Assembly: GCA_963799845.1 (NCBI GenBank)
Contig: CAWCYI010000004.1
Coordinates: 1,184,001 to 1,248,000 of the forward strand
Reading direction: 5' to 3'
Length of the DNA: 64,000 bases
Origin: an uncultured Nitrososphaerota archaeon
Lineage (GTDB): Archaea > Thermoproteota > Nitrososphaeria > Nitrososphaerales > CADDZS01
Position numbers and translations under genes: made by a program. The stretch's first letter is position 1; each line of letters starts with the position of its first letter. Of the stretch, positions 32,313 through 41,468 are shown one piece after another. The notes beneath the pieces are model-generated. The model saw only the letters and a list, made by a program, of their open reading frames with translations, was not told where the DNA came from and ran no database searches.

Positions 32313-33335
32313 TCACCTGTACCTTATCCTCGGGTCCACCACTGCGTAGAGAACGTCCGCGAGCAGGTTTGCGATTATGATCAATAGTGCAAATGTGAGT
32401 GTGATTGCGAGAATCGAGGGATAGTCGATCTGGAGCGCCGACTCGACTGCGTAATCTCCGATCCCTGGATACGAAAAAACGTATTCCACGAATATCGTCG
32501 AGCCGAGTATGAACGTAAAGAGAAGAGAAATTATCGTGATGACCGTTACTAGAGAGTTCTTGAAAGCGTACCCAAAAAATATCTTATTCTCAGGGATCGC
32601 CCTCGCCCTTGCAGCCGTGACAAAGTTTGATTTCATGACGTCAAGAAGCGAAGATCTCAAAATTCTCGTCAGTATTCCGTAAACCGCGAAGGCATTGGCA
32701 AGGCTCGGCAACATGGCATGCAAGAAAAGACTGTCAAAAGCAGGCCAGTCACCAGCGATTAGGGCGTCTAATATGGGAATATGGGTGACGGCTGGAGGCA
32801 GGATAACTGTCACGTCAACTCCCCCGCTCGTCGGAAGCACGGGTAAAACCAAAGTGAAAAAGAGGATGACCGCCAGCGCAATAAAAAAAGGCGGGGACGC
32901 GAACCCTATGATGTATAACGTTCTGCTGATCTTGTCCGGGAGTTTTCCCACAAATCTCGCTGCGAGCAGGCCGCTGACGAGGCCGATAACTACCGTGAAA
33001 ATTAAGGAGAAGAATATCAGCTGCAGGGTGTAGGGAAGAGTCTGCGAAATTGCCGCAATAACAGACTCGCCCTTTGTGGGAGAGTACCCCAGGTTGCCGT
33101 GCAGCACCCCGACCAAGTAGTAGAAGTACTGGACGTAGAGAGGGTCGTCGAAGTGATACTCCTTGATGTAGGCTTTTGCAACGGCTGGATCAATAGACGC
33201 CCCCTTGCCAAACCAAGCTGTTAGAGGGTTGGAAGATATCGAATGTGATAGGACGAATGTGATCAGACTGACCCCTAGGAGAACGAGGAGGGCAGTACCG
33301 AACCTTCTGAGGAGGTATCTCAGGAGTGGGTTCGT
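32313..33335 (-). CDS. dppB: Peptide ABC permease (DppB/OppB-like); apparent start codon ACG
   Basis: Frame is open 73 codons upstream of the track's TTG: (ACG)NPLLRYLLRRFGTALLVLLGVSLITFVLSH...DDPLYVQYFYYL...GNLG; FVTAARARA; FSYPGIG; DPRIR. Confidence 0.88.
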   Translation of the reverse strand, partial: TNPLLRYLLRRFGTALLVLLGVSLITFVLSHSISSNPLTAWFGKGASIDPAVAKAYIKEYHFDDPLYVQYFYYLVGVLHGNLGYSPTKGESVIAAISQTLPYTLQLIFFSLIFTVVIGLVSGLLAARFVGKLPDKISRTLYIIGFASPPFFIALAVILFFTLVLPVLPTSGGVDVTVILPPAVTHIPILDALIAGDWPAFDSLFLHAMLPSLANAFAVYGILTRILRSSLLDVMKSNFVTAARARAIPENKIFFGYAFKNSLVTVITIISLLFTFILGSTIFVEYVFSYPGIGDYAVESALQIDYPSILAITLTFALLIIIANLLADVLYAVVDPRIRYR

Positions 33336-33341
33336 ATGTTT

Positions 33342-35384
33342 CTAACCTGACGCCGGGATGATTGTGTTCAGCGGGGGCAGGTCAGTGACTCCCTGGAGGT
33401 TCGGCTCGGCAAACAAGCTCGAGATCACACCCTGTTTCCAAACATACGAGTTTGCGATCGCAGGCGCCTGCGAGACAAAGAGCCAGCCGTATGGCGCGTC
33501 ATTGTATATCTGCTGCTGGGCGTTCGTGAGGGCCGCCAAAATGGCGGTCTGGTTGTTGCTGTGATACATCAATTGCACGGCCTGATCCACTATCGAGTTG
33601 TTGTAGATGTCAAAGTTGCCAAATGACGAGAACGTTGTGACGAAAGCAGTCCAGTAGTCGGTCGGAGCTAGATAGTCGGGAGAATAAGCGGTCCAGCTGA
33701 GCTGAAGGGGAGTAATCTGGGCGGCATCCTGGAGGTTGGTTTGGTAGCTTCCGTACGGGGCTGCCTCAACTGACAATGGTTGAACGACGATATTCGTATT
33801 GATGCCGATCTGTTGAAGATTAGCCTGAATCTCCTGCGCGGCTGGAATCTCCCAGTATGTGGATGCGCTGACTATTATAAAGTCCAGAGTCGGGAAGCCA
33901 GCTCCGTTCGGGAATCCTGCCTGAGTCATTTCTGCCTTTGCCAGAGTAATATTCTGCTGGTACAGAGGGAAGTTTCCAGGATCGTAGTAGGCTCCATAGT
34001 TCGGCGATTCGGGGCCCATGTAGCGGACTCCTAACCCATCCGCGCCAACTTGAATTACAGCCGTATAGTTAATCGCGTGGACCATTGCCAGTCTGACTAG
34101 AGTAATATTTGTTGGATAGACTTGGGTGTTGAACTGCAGATACTCTACTCCCGCGGGATAGTTGAGCTTCAGAACTCCGTAAGTGCTCGGATTTGAAATC
34201 GCGCTGAGAAGATCGCTCGAAGTCAGGGACACAATTTGCGCCTTGTTGTCGTTTAGATCTAACAATCTCGTCGATTCGCTAGCCTTGTCGTAAATCACGA
34301 CCGTCTTGTAGTGACCCGGATCAACAAACGGGTTGCCCTGGATTTGAGCAGGCGTCAGGCTATCGCCCCAGTAAGTCGGGTTCTGCGTAAACACTGCAAA
34401 ACTGTTCGGGACCACGTTGGTCATCACGTAGGGTCCTGTTCCGGGAATCTGGTTTTGATAATTGAAATAGGAGTTAAAGTTGGGCGCAGTTCCCGGGCCG
34501 CCATGTTGGAGAATGAACTGGTCGTCCAAGATGAAGCCGGTCCAACCGAGGAGCGAATTGAGGAAGAACGAAAATGGAGCACTAAGATGGTACACTATAG
34601 TGTCCGGGCCGGTCACGTACGCGGGCAAACTAGTATTGCTCATTAACTGAATAGCGGTGGAATTGGGATTTATCAAACCACTCTGGTTCAAAAGATTCAT
34701 CGTAGCTGGACCGAAAGTGACTCCGGTCATGTTGAATATCGGCATGCCCATCCAGAACGTGGAAAAGTTTCCAGATGCGAAATAGTAGATGTAGAAATTC
34801 GCCCACACTTGGTACGCGTTAAGCGGGTCTCCATTCGAGAATGTGGTTCCCTGTCTCAAGTTGAAAGTGTACGTTTGTCCATCGGGTGAGACCGTCCAGT
34901 TTACGGCGAGGGCTGGAAGGAACTGGATTACGTTTTGGTCCTGTTGCGCGGTTGCATTAATTGAAATGAGTGTCTGGAAGGTTGTGGTCTCAGTCCAGTC
35001 CGGATAGGGCTGGAATATGACAACCCCGAGCTCGTTCAAACTGGGTGTCGGCCACGTGAAATCGTCAATTGAAAGCGTGGTATTCGCCGCAGCTGACGAG
35101 CTGCTGGATGACGATGAAGAGCTGGAAGAGGAAGAAGACGAAGAAGATGAACTAGAGCTCAAAATCGAAGACAAAGAGGATGAACTGGTTGCTACGACGG
35201 ACGTAGTGGATGACGAAGGCACGGACGATGAACTGGACGAACTGGAAGAAGACGTCGTGCTTTGAGTTGTCGACGTGCTCTTCGAAGTTGCCAGAACAAC
35301 TCCGGCCGCTGCTACAACTATTATCACAATTACGATTACCGCGACTACGACTCGAGAAATTGCTTTCGAACTATTGACTTTCGT
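33342..35384 (-). CDS. ABC family-5 substrate-binding protein with class III (pilin-like) signal peptide and Ser-rich linker
   Basis: Frame extends upstream of GTG 35327: KVNSSKA/ISRVVVAVIVIVIIVVAAAG; poly-Ser; LAVNWTVSPDGQTYTFNLRQGTTFSNGDP; GTGPY. Confidence 0.88.
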   Translation of the reverse strand, partial: TKVNSSKAISRVVVAVIVIVIIVVAAAGVVLATSKSTSTTQSTTSSSSSSSSSSVPSSSTTSVVATSSSSLSSILSSSSSSSSSSSSSSSSSSSSSSAAANTTLSIDDFTWPTPSLNELGVVIFQPYPDWTETTTFQTLISINATAQQDQNVIQFLPALAVNWTVSPDGQTYTFNLRQGTTFSNGDPLNAYQVWANFYIYYFASGNFSTFWMGMPIFNMTGVTFGPATMNLLNQSGLINPNSTAIQLMSNTSLPAYVTGPDTIVYHLSAPFSFFLNSLLGWTGFILDDQFILQHGGPGTAPNFNSYFNYQNQIPGTGPYVMTNVVPNSFAVFTQNPTYWGDSLTPAQIQGNPFVDPGHYKTVVIYDKASESTRLLDLNDNKAQIVSLTSSDLLSAISNPSTYGVLKLNYPAGVEYLQFNTQVYPTNITLVRLAMVHAINYTAVIQVGADGLGVRYMGPESPNYGAYYDPGNFPLYQQNITLAKAEMTQAGFPNGAGFPTLDFIIVSASTYWEIPAAQEIQANLQQIGINTNIVVQPLSVEAAPYGSYQTNLQDAAQITPLQLSWTAYSPDYLAPTDYWTAFVTTFSSFGNFDIYNNSIVDQAVQLMYHSNNQTAILAALTNAQQQIYNDAPYGWLFVSQAPAIANSYVWKQGVISSLFAEPNLQGVTDLPPLNTIIPASG
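35093..35285 (-). repeat. Low-complexity poly-Ser/Thr linker coding tract
   Basis: About 60 codons, mostly Ser, with mixed TCN/AGC codons; reads as poly-D/E on the + strand. Confidence 0.8.
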
Positions 35385-35523
35385 TTGTCTTCAAAAAACG
35401 GAAAGTCATCACGATTTAGTTAAGTCTTTCGACATTTCACATTCGGCCGAAACTAACCCGTCCTCTCATCATTTTTCCTCGAAAAGAATCATAGTTGAAT
35501 GTAAAAGATTCCTCAGCTGCACT

Positions 35524-36279
35524 GATACCGTCAAGATAACGAGGCTGGCACTCTCCCCTTGAACGTCTCATGAGGGCGGATGTGGTTGTACCAGTAGGCA
35601 AACATGTGCAGGAATCTTCCTATTCGCTCTATTCCTTTCTCTTGATTCCGTACAGGGAAGTTGTGGAAGAATCTCTTTGTCCTTTGCTTGAAGGTGCGGT
35701 ACCACCGCTCAATGTAATTCCTGATGCCGAATGTCTTTTGCATGTAGTCTACCTTGATCCATTCGAATGCTGATTTGTACCACGGTGCATGGTCAACAAT
35801 CAGGAGCGGGTTTTCGTTAGTACATGTTTTGAGAGCTTCTCTTGTAACGCCGACAGTACTGACAATGGAAATCGAGCTCATGCACTGCGTGGAAAGTACC
35901 TCGCTTCGTTCGAGATCAAGGCATACCGAGACATATACAATTCTTCCATGTCTCTTGAGCTTCGTTTCATCCAGCAAAATGACCGGTCGTTCCTTCTTTG
36001 ATGTAAGCTCCTTTCCTGCAAAAGCTTTCTCGAATTTGAGCATCCACTGCCTGACAGACTCCTTGCTAACAGAAAACTTTCTTGCTATCACTCTAAGAGA
36101 CAACCCCTCCATGTAGAGTCTCACAGCCTCAGCTTTGATTTCCCTTGAAACCTTATTTCTCACGAAAGATCTTACGGTCGAGTGTGGCTAGGTCGAACTC
36201 GTCCTCCGTCATATTCATCACCAAAATACGATGGAAGGTGGTTCCCTGGCCATATCCGTTTCGTTAAGTGGCCGGTATC
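35524..36279 (-). mobile_element. IS6-family insertion sequence, 756 bp
   Basis: 8-bp direct repeat GCTGCACT at 35516-35523 and 36280-36287. Imperfect TIRs GATACCGTCAAGATAACGA / GATACCGGCCACTTAACGA (15/19). The transposase stop lies within the TIR. Confidence 0.92.
35531..36163 (-). CDS. IS6-family DDE transposase
   Basis: N-terminal HTH (GLSLRVIA..VSKESVRQW), LDET, VDHAPWY, RNYIERWYRTFK, YNHIRPH. Confidence 0.92.
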   Translation of the reverse strand: MRNKVSREIKAEAVRLYMEGLSLRVIARKFSVSKESVRQWMLKFEKAFAGKELTSKKERPVILLDETKLKRHGRIVYVSVCLDLERSEVLSTQCMSSISIVSTVGVTREALKTCTNENPLLIVDHAPWYKSAFEWIKVDYMQKTFGIRNYIERWYRTFKQRTKRFFHNFPVRNQEKGIERIGRFLHMFAYWYNHIRPHETFKGRVPASLS

Positions 36280-36328
36280 GCTGCACTGTTTGGAATTCAT
36301 AAATAGAAATCTGGGTGTCTCTCCACTC

Positions 36329-37723
36329 ATGGAGATCCCTGAGTTTGCAGATATCATTGACAAAGTCCCGAATTACTCTTACTATCTCTCATATGAAGAA
36401 CTGGAGGATAACTCACGAGCGCTCGCGCATGAACACCCTTCAATTGTTAAACTGATAGAGGCGGGGCACTCAGGAGACGGGAGGCCGATAAATGCGCTAC
36501 GAATAGGAGGCGGAAGTCACAATGTTCTCCTTTATGGATTCCCCAATCCGGAAGAACCTCTTGGGGGACTCGTCTTGGACTATCTTTCGAACGCACTTGC
36601 TTCCGGCGAGAAATTTCTACAGAAGATGGACTGCACATGGTTTCTAATAAAATGCGTCGATCCGGATGGTGCAAAGCTTACTGAAGGCTATCTGAAGGGT
36701 CCGTTGACGCCGTACAATTTCTCCAAGAATTTTTACAGGACTCCAAACCGCTTAACTGGCGAACTCAATTTTCCTTACAGGTATGGCAATGCCCTAAACC
36801 TCAACACCCCCATGCCCGAGACATCCGCTCTGATGAACATAATAAGTGGGATAAACTTTGACTTCGTTTCCAGTCTCCATGTTATGAAATTCGGCGAGAT
36901 GACCTTTGAAGTTTGCAGGCCGTGCCCTGAAATCTATTCGTCCATCCAAAGGACCGCGAAGGAAAACGGAATACCGCTGAGGAAAAGACTTGGAGACATC
37001 GTCGCACCCGGGATACAGCTTGCTTACTACATGACCCCTGCAGCCAATTACATAAAAATGAAGATGCGAGGCATACAATCCCTTCAGAAAGTAACAGGAG
37101 GATTTTCCTTCGAATTTGCTAGAATGTTGAATCCGAATGTCTTCATGATGATACCAGAGTGCACAACGTGGTTCGATCCGAGGTGTTATGATGATCGACC
37201 CTCTGGATCAAAACTGGCCGAGACTGTAGATTACGTGGGCAGATCTTTCGGCGTCTCAAGAAAACTGATCAGCGACAGCTTCGAGAAAGCAAGGCCCCAT
37301 CTCGACCCGAACTCACCTTTTGTTCAGTTTCTGGATGAAATAGTTGAAGACATCCGTAGTCCAAAGATTGGAGTGATCGATCCGGATCCTTTGATAAGAA
37401 AGGAAGAACTCGATACCGAAACTATGGTCTCTCAAAAGATTTCAACCGAGGGCAGAGCGGATATTTACCGTATGTTCAACATTGGTGCTTTTGTCAAAAT
37501 GATCGACTATCAGATCTTAAAGCACGGGAATAACTCGAGTCTTGCAGCCATCAGGGAAAAGCTGCAGGCGATTCTCGACGATTACAACAGGCAGCTCGAA
37601 ACAACGTATGATGTTCGTCACTATCCTCTCGGGAACCTTGTCACGATGAATTTGAGTTCGTTGCTGATCGCCATAGAGTATGCGAAGAAGACCGCTGTCA
37701 GGCCGGAGCTTTACACGAATTAG
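36329..37723 (+). CDS. M14-like zinc carboxypeptidase family protein
   Basis: G.S..GRPI, GFPNPEEP, IKCVDPDG, FYR, SLH, PE. Start ATG 36329; the upstream part of the track ORF lies inside the IS. Confidence 0.82.
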   Translation: MEIPEFADIIDKVPNYSYYLSYEELEDNSRALAHEHPSIVKLIEAGHSGDGRPINALRIGGGSHNVLLYGFPNPEEPLGGLVLDYLSNALASGEKFLQKMDCTWFLIKCVDPDGAKLTEGYLKGPLTPYNFSKNFYRTPNRLTGELNFPYRYGNALNLNTPMPETSALMNIISGINFDFVSSLHVMKFGEMTFEVCRPCPEIYSSIQRTAKENGIPLRKRLGDIVAPGIQLAYYMTPAANYIKMKMRGIQSLQKVTGGFSFEFARMLNPNVFMMIPECTTWFDPRCYDDRPSGSKLAETVDYVGRSFGVSRKLISDSFEKARPHLDPNSPFVQFLDEIVEDIRSPKIGVIDPDPLIRKEELDTETMVSQKISTEGRADIYRMFNIGAFVKMIDYQILKHGNNSSLAAIREKLQAILDDYNRQLETTYDVRHYPLGNLVTMNLSSLLIAIEYAKKTAVRPELYTN

Positions 37724-37745
37724 AAAAGGGAGTTGTCCGAGATCC

Positions 37746-39131
37746 ATGCCATTCGATGAAATTCTTGACGCGATTCCCAAATATGATAGGTACCTATCGG
37801 TGGAAGAGCTCGACGACAGATCTGCAGAGCTAGCCAGAGAGTTTCCGGCCAATGTAAAACTAATGGATCTCGGTGAGACTGTGAATCGAAATCGCATCCG
37901 TGCTCTAAGAATTGGGAGCGGCTCCCATAACGCGTTTCTCTACGGATTTCCGAACCCAGAAGAACCGCTAGGAGGATTGTTGCTTGATTACTTTTCGAAG
38001 GCAATCGCTGAGAATGTTGAATTCTTGGAGTCGATGGATTATACATGGTACATGATCAAGTGTGCCGACCCGGACGGAGCCGAACTGAATAAGGGGTATC
38101 TGAGCGTTCCTTACACGCCGTACAACTTCGCCCTAAACTTTTACCGAACCCCCATAAACCAGACGGGGTCAATGGCTTTCCCCTACCGATATGGGAGCAT
38201 TCTAGATGTTGACAGTCCAACCGCAGAAACTTTGGCCATGATGAAAATAATGGATCAGAATCAGATGGACTTCATGTCCGGGTTGCACGTTCTACGATTT
38301 GGGGGCGTAACGTACCAAGTTTCGGAACCGTGTCCCGAGCTCTACTCTCCACTTCAAATGCTGGCTAGAGAGAGCCATGTTCCTCTGAGAAATCGTTCGG
38401 GTACGATGCTCGCGGAGGGCGTTCAGCTCGGAAGGCATCTAACTCCCGCAGGAAATTACATTCGCGCCAAGCTCGATGGGCGCGGTCCGCTTCCAAAGAT
38501 AGCAGGCGCCAGGATGCTGGAATATGAAAGGCTGATCAATCCGAATTGCTTCGACTTTGTTCCTGAATCATCGACATGGTACGATCCTCGTTGTTACGAT
38601 AATTCTCCGAGCGATACTACATTGAAGGAGGTTATTGCCTACGCAACAATGTCAGAAAAGGAAACGAATGATCTTATTTTGAGAAACTATCAAAGAATCA
38701 GGTCCAACCTCACAGTGAAAACCAAATTCCTTGAAATGGTGGAAGACGCTGTGGATACGATGACTTCAGGATATTACAACATATTTGATCCGCCAATCGA
38801 ATTTTCCGAGAGGTCTCTCAAAGAAAAGGTTACGGTGGCGCAAAAAATCGAGACAGAGGGGCGAGTGGACATTTACTACTCGCCTTGCTACGTAAGCATG
38901 ATGATTCGAGCAATTGACGAACAGATAAAGCTGCAAGGAAGCGACTCTTCTCTTAAGGAGGCCAGGGAGAACCTTTCGCATAGACTTGAAGAGTTGAAGG
39001 ATATTATTGAATCGAAATACGACTGCAGGCACTACCCTTTGAGGAACCTGATAAGAATGAACCTCGGCGCCATACTTTACTCGGCCGTATACTCGTCAAA
39101 GCGAAATGCGCAGTTTCAAATGTGGCATTGA
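37746..39131 (+). CDS. M14-like zinc carboxypeptidase family protein (tandem paralog)
   Basis: GFPNPEEPLGG, IKCADPDG, FYRTP, FPYRYG, GLH, WYDPRCYD shared with the upstream gene. Confidence 0.82.
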   Translation: MPFDEILDAIPKYDRYLSVEELDDRSAELAREFPANVKLMDLGETVNRNRIRALRIGSGSHNAFLYGFPNPEEPLGGLLLDYFSKAIAENVEFLESMDYTWYMIKCADPDGAELNKGYLSVPYTPYNFALNFYRTPINQTGSMAFPYRYGSILDVDSPTAETLAMMKIMDQNQMDFMSGLHVLRFGGVTYQVSEPCPELYSPLQMLARESHVPLRNRSGTMLAEGVQLGRHLTPAGNYIRAKLDGRGPLPKIAGARMLEYERLINPNCFDFVPESSTWYDPRCYDNSPSDTTLKEVIAYATMSEKETNDLILRNYQRIRSNLTVKTKFLEMVEDAVDTMTSGYYNIFDPPIEFSERSLKEKVTVAQKIETEGRVDIYYSPCYVSMMIRAIDEQIKLQGSDSSLKEARENLSHRLEELKDIIESKYDCRHYPLRNLIRMNLGAILYSAVYSSKRNAQFQMWH

Positions 39132-39154
39132 AGACGGTCAATGACTTCTAGCAG

Positions 39155-40155
39155 CTATTCTTCATATCCGATGTCACACACCGGGTCTCCCGTCGTAACC
39201 GTCTGGTTAATTGGAGTCCCTGCATGGCTTATTGGATACGACATGACGACTCCCTTTCGCGGGGAAATGATTTGTTCCACCTCGTCGCCGAATATGTCCA
39301 AGATTTGAAGGACAGGATCTCCAGATTCCACCGTGTCTCCCGGTTTCTTCAGGGGATAAAGGAGGCCCCCTCGGCTCGCAAAGAGCATTTCCGTGAAGAT
39401 CGGATCTTTCAATTTGACTTGAACTGTTTGTGGCTCGAGGTCTCCTGGAATCATTCCAAGAGCCTTCATCACGTTCAGGACACCTCGTACTCCCGCGGCC
39501 ACTACCTCGTCTTCGGTAAATATAGTTGAGAATGGGAATTCTGGCACGAAAGCTGGTATGCCTTTAGAGATGGCGAATATCGTTGAGCTTTTCGGTCTTC
39601 GTCGCATAGCCTCGGGAGAGAATTTCGTCCTGACAAATCCAAACGCCTTCGCTAGATCGCTCGCTCTTTCAGCAACTTCTGGATTTTCCTCAAATCCTCG
39701 AACTATCGTGAAGGGTATTGAAGGCCCTTCCATGCAATGAAGATTGATGAAACAGTCTGACCCGTCTATGACATTCCATAATTTTTCCGCAAGTCTCTTA
39801 GTTGCGGTACCTGTTAATCGCCTGGAAATGCAGACTCCACATCAATGTTATCCTGGGGAGGAACGTAAACTGCTCTCTGAAATCCGACTGGATTGGCCAC
39901 AGGCACTGCAACTACTGACCCGCGCAGACTGGCCGGGTCTAGACGCTCCCTCATTACCTTGATAATGACCTGAGTGCCAGTCACTTCCCAGCCGTGGCTC
40001 GCGCCAATGAGGACTAGTCTCGGCCCTGCACTCGCTCCTTGAAGCGACATGATCGGCAGTCTAACTGAAGTACCATCCGGAAGTTCCAGAACATCGATGA
40101 AGCGCTTGTCTACTGTATTCTTACTGATCTGCGCACTTGTATTCGACATTGGCAA
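39155..40155 (-). CDS. AstE/AspA family deacylase (frameshift ~39815)
   Basis: GASHGWE, ANP, FPGD + missing T + LTGTATKRLA...INLHC, VPE, C-terminal ASRGG/SPRKG domain. Confidence 0.85.
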
Positions 40156-40334
40156 TTTCGAGATCTATCTCTATCAATAATTAACTCTTGAGGAAGTGTT
40201 TTGCCTCCAAGGAGACCTAGATCAAATTTGAGCAACCAAGGACCAAACCTTCTCCAGCGGAGCTTTTCGCAAACTTTCTTGATTTCTCTTGCGAAAGCTT
40301 TGAAAGCTGGATATTTCCTGAGGCACATTGAATC

Positions 40335-41414
40335 ATGAGCGATATCTATTCTGACCGAATTAGAGCGCTTAGAAAGAAGATCCTAGAGCACGGTTACGAT
40401 CGGTATGTCCTATCGGACGAAATGAATGTCAGATATCTGACCGGAATCCCCGTTCCGCAGTCGCCGTACTTCGTGATCGGAAGCAATGGCAAAGATGTTT
40501 TGCTCGTACCCAGCGACGGTGCAAGGACCTCCAAAGAAAAGTCAGATCAAAGGTACGAAGTTCTCGCGGCGAAGATCGGTCAGCCCACGATTGAACTTCT
40601 CATTAAGACACTAATTAGATTGGTAAAATCTAAGATTGCATTTGACGCACTTTCCGCTAGAGATTATCTGGAACTCATTCAGACATACAAAGAATCTAAA
40701 ATTGTACTCGACCCTGCACTCATCTGGTCGCTGAGGATGATAAAGTCAGACAAGGAAATTGAATCCGCAAGAAAGGCAGCTCGCATCGCCGACTCCGGTC
40801 AAAGAGTGGCTTCTGAAATCGTTAGGGCAGGGATTAGGGAGTACGAAATTGCCTCGGAGGTCGAACATATCATGCGCACTCTGGGATCGGAAGACGAGGG
40901 CCACAGGACGATCGTATCTTCGGGGCCGCGAAGCGCTATGGGTGTATTTAGCGGATATTCGACTGACCGGGTGATAAACGAAGGAGATCTTGTAATCGTC
41001 GACACGGGCGCGACGGTTGATGGTTATCGCAGCGACCTCGGACGACCTTATGTTGCCGGCAGTCCCAGCGAGAAGCAGAGGAAAATTCATGATGTTCTCT
41101 TAAAGGCTTGGGACGCTGCATTCGCAGCTGTCAAGCCGGGAGTCCAAGGGGGAGAGGTCGACTCTGCAGCTCGAAAAGTTCTCGGCAAATACCAAAAATA
41201 CTTTGATCATGAAATCGGGCACGGTTTGGGGCTCTCCTTCGAACCTCCAGCCTTGATCAGAGGTAGCAAGGACATGATACGGGAAAACATGATCGTGACT
41301 GTCGAGCCAGGGTTATACATCGAGGGTGTAGGCGGAATGATCATAGAAGATCCGAACATTGTTCTCAAGGATCACGCGGAAAGATTGACGTCTTCTCCCC
41401 ACGAATGGAGATAG
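40335..41414 (+). CDS. Xaa-Pro aminopeptidase/prolidase (M24)
   Basis: LRMIKS..EI, VDTG, GYRSD, HEIGHGLG, TVEPG, IED. Confidence 0.92.
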   Translation: MSDIYSDRIRALRKKILEHGYDRYVLSDEMNVRYLTGIPVPQSPYFVIGSNGKDVLLVPSDGARTSKEKSDQRYEVLAAKIGQPTIELLIKTLIRLVKSKIAFDALSARDYLELIQTYKESKIVLDPALIWSLRMIKSDKEIESARKAARIADSGQRVASEIVRAGIREYEIASEVEHIMRTLGSEDEGHRTIVSSGPRSAMGVFSGYSTDRVINEGDLVIVDTGATVDGYRSDLGRPYVAGSPSEKQRKIHDVLLKAWDAAFAAVKPGVQGGEVDSAARKVLGKYQKYFDHEIGHGLGLSFEPPALIRGSKDMIRENMIVTVEPGLYIEGVGGMIIEDPNIVLKDHAERLTSSPHEWR

Positions 41415-41468
41415 TCCTTCAAGAAAGATATACCGATATCACTATCAGGAAAAAGTGAATCTAAAAAA

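Noticed and set aside
33342-33344. TAG read-through or pyrrolysine fusing SBP to permease (also TAG at 62402)
   Set aside because: TAG ends many ordinary genes here, no pyl genes are in the window, and a fusion would misplace the permease N-terminus.
35017-35265. + strand ORF with a long poly-D/E tract
   Set aside because: Antisense shadow of the poly-Ser linker of the minus-strand binding protein.
36165-36185. CTTACGGTCG as the IS6 end
   Set aside because: A better TIR with matching 8-bp TSD lies at 36261-36287.
36182-36328. Track N-terminal extensions (36182; also 37680, 11105, 43360, 48872, 61403)
   Set aside because: They overlap an IS or neighbouring genes and precede the family-typical N-termini; downstream starts were used.
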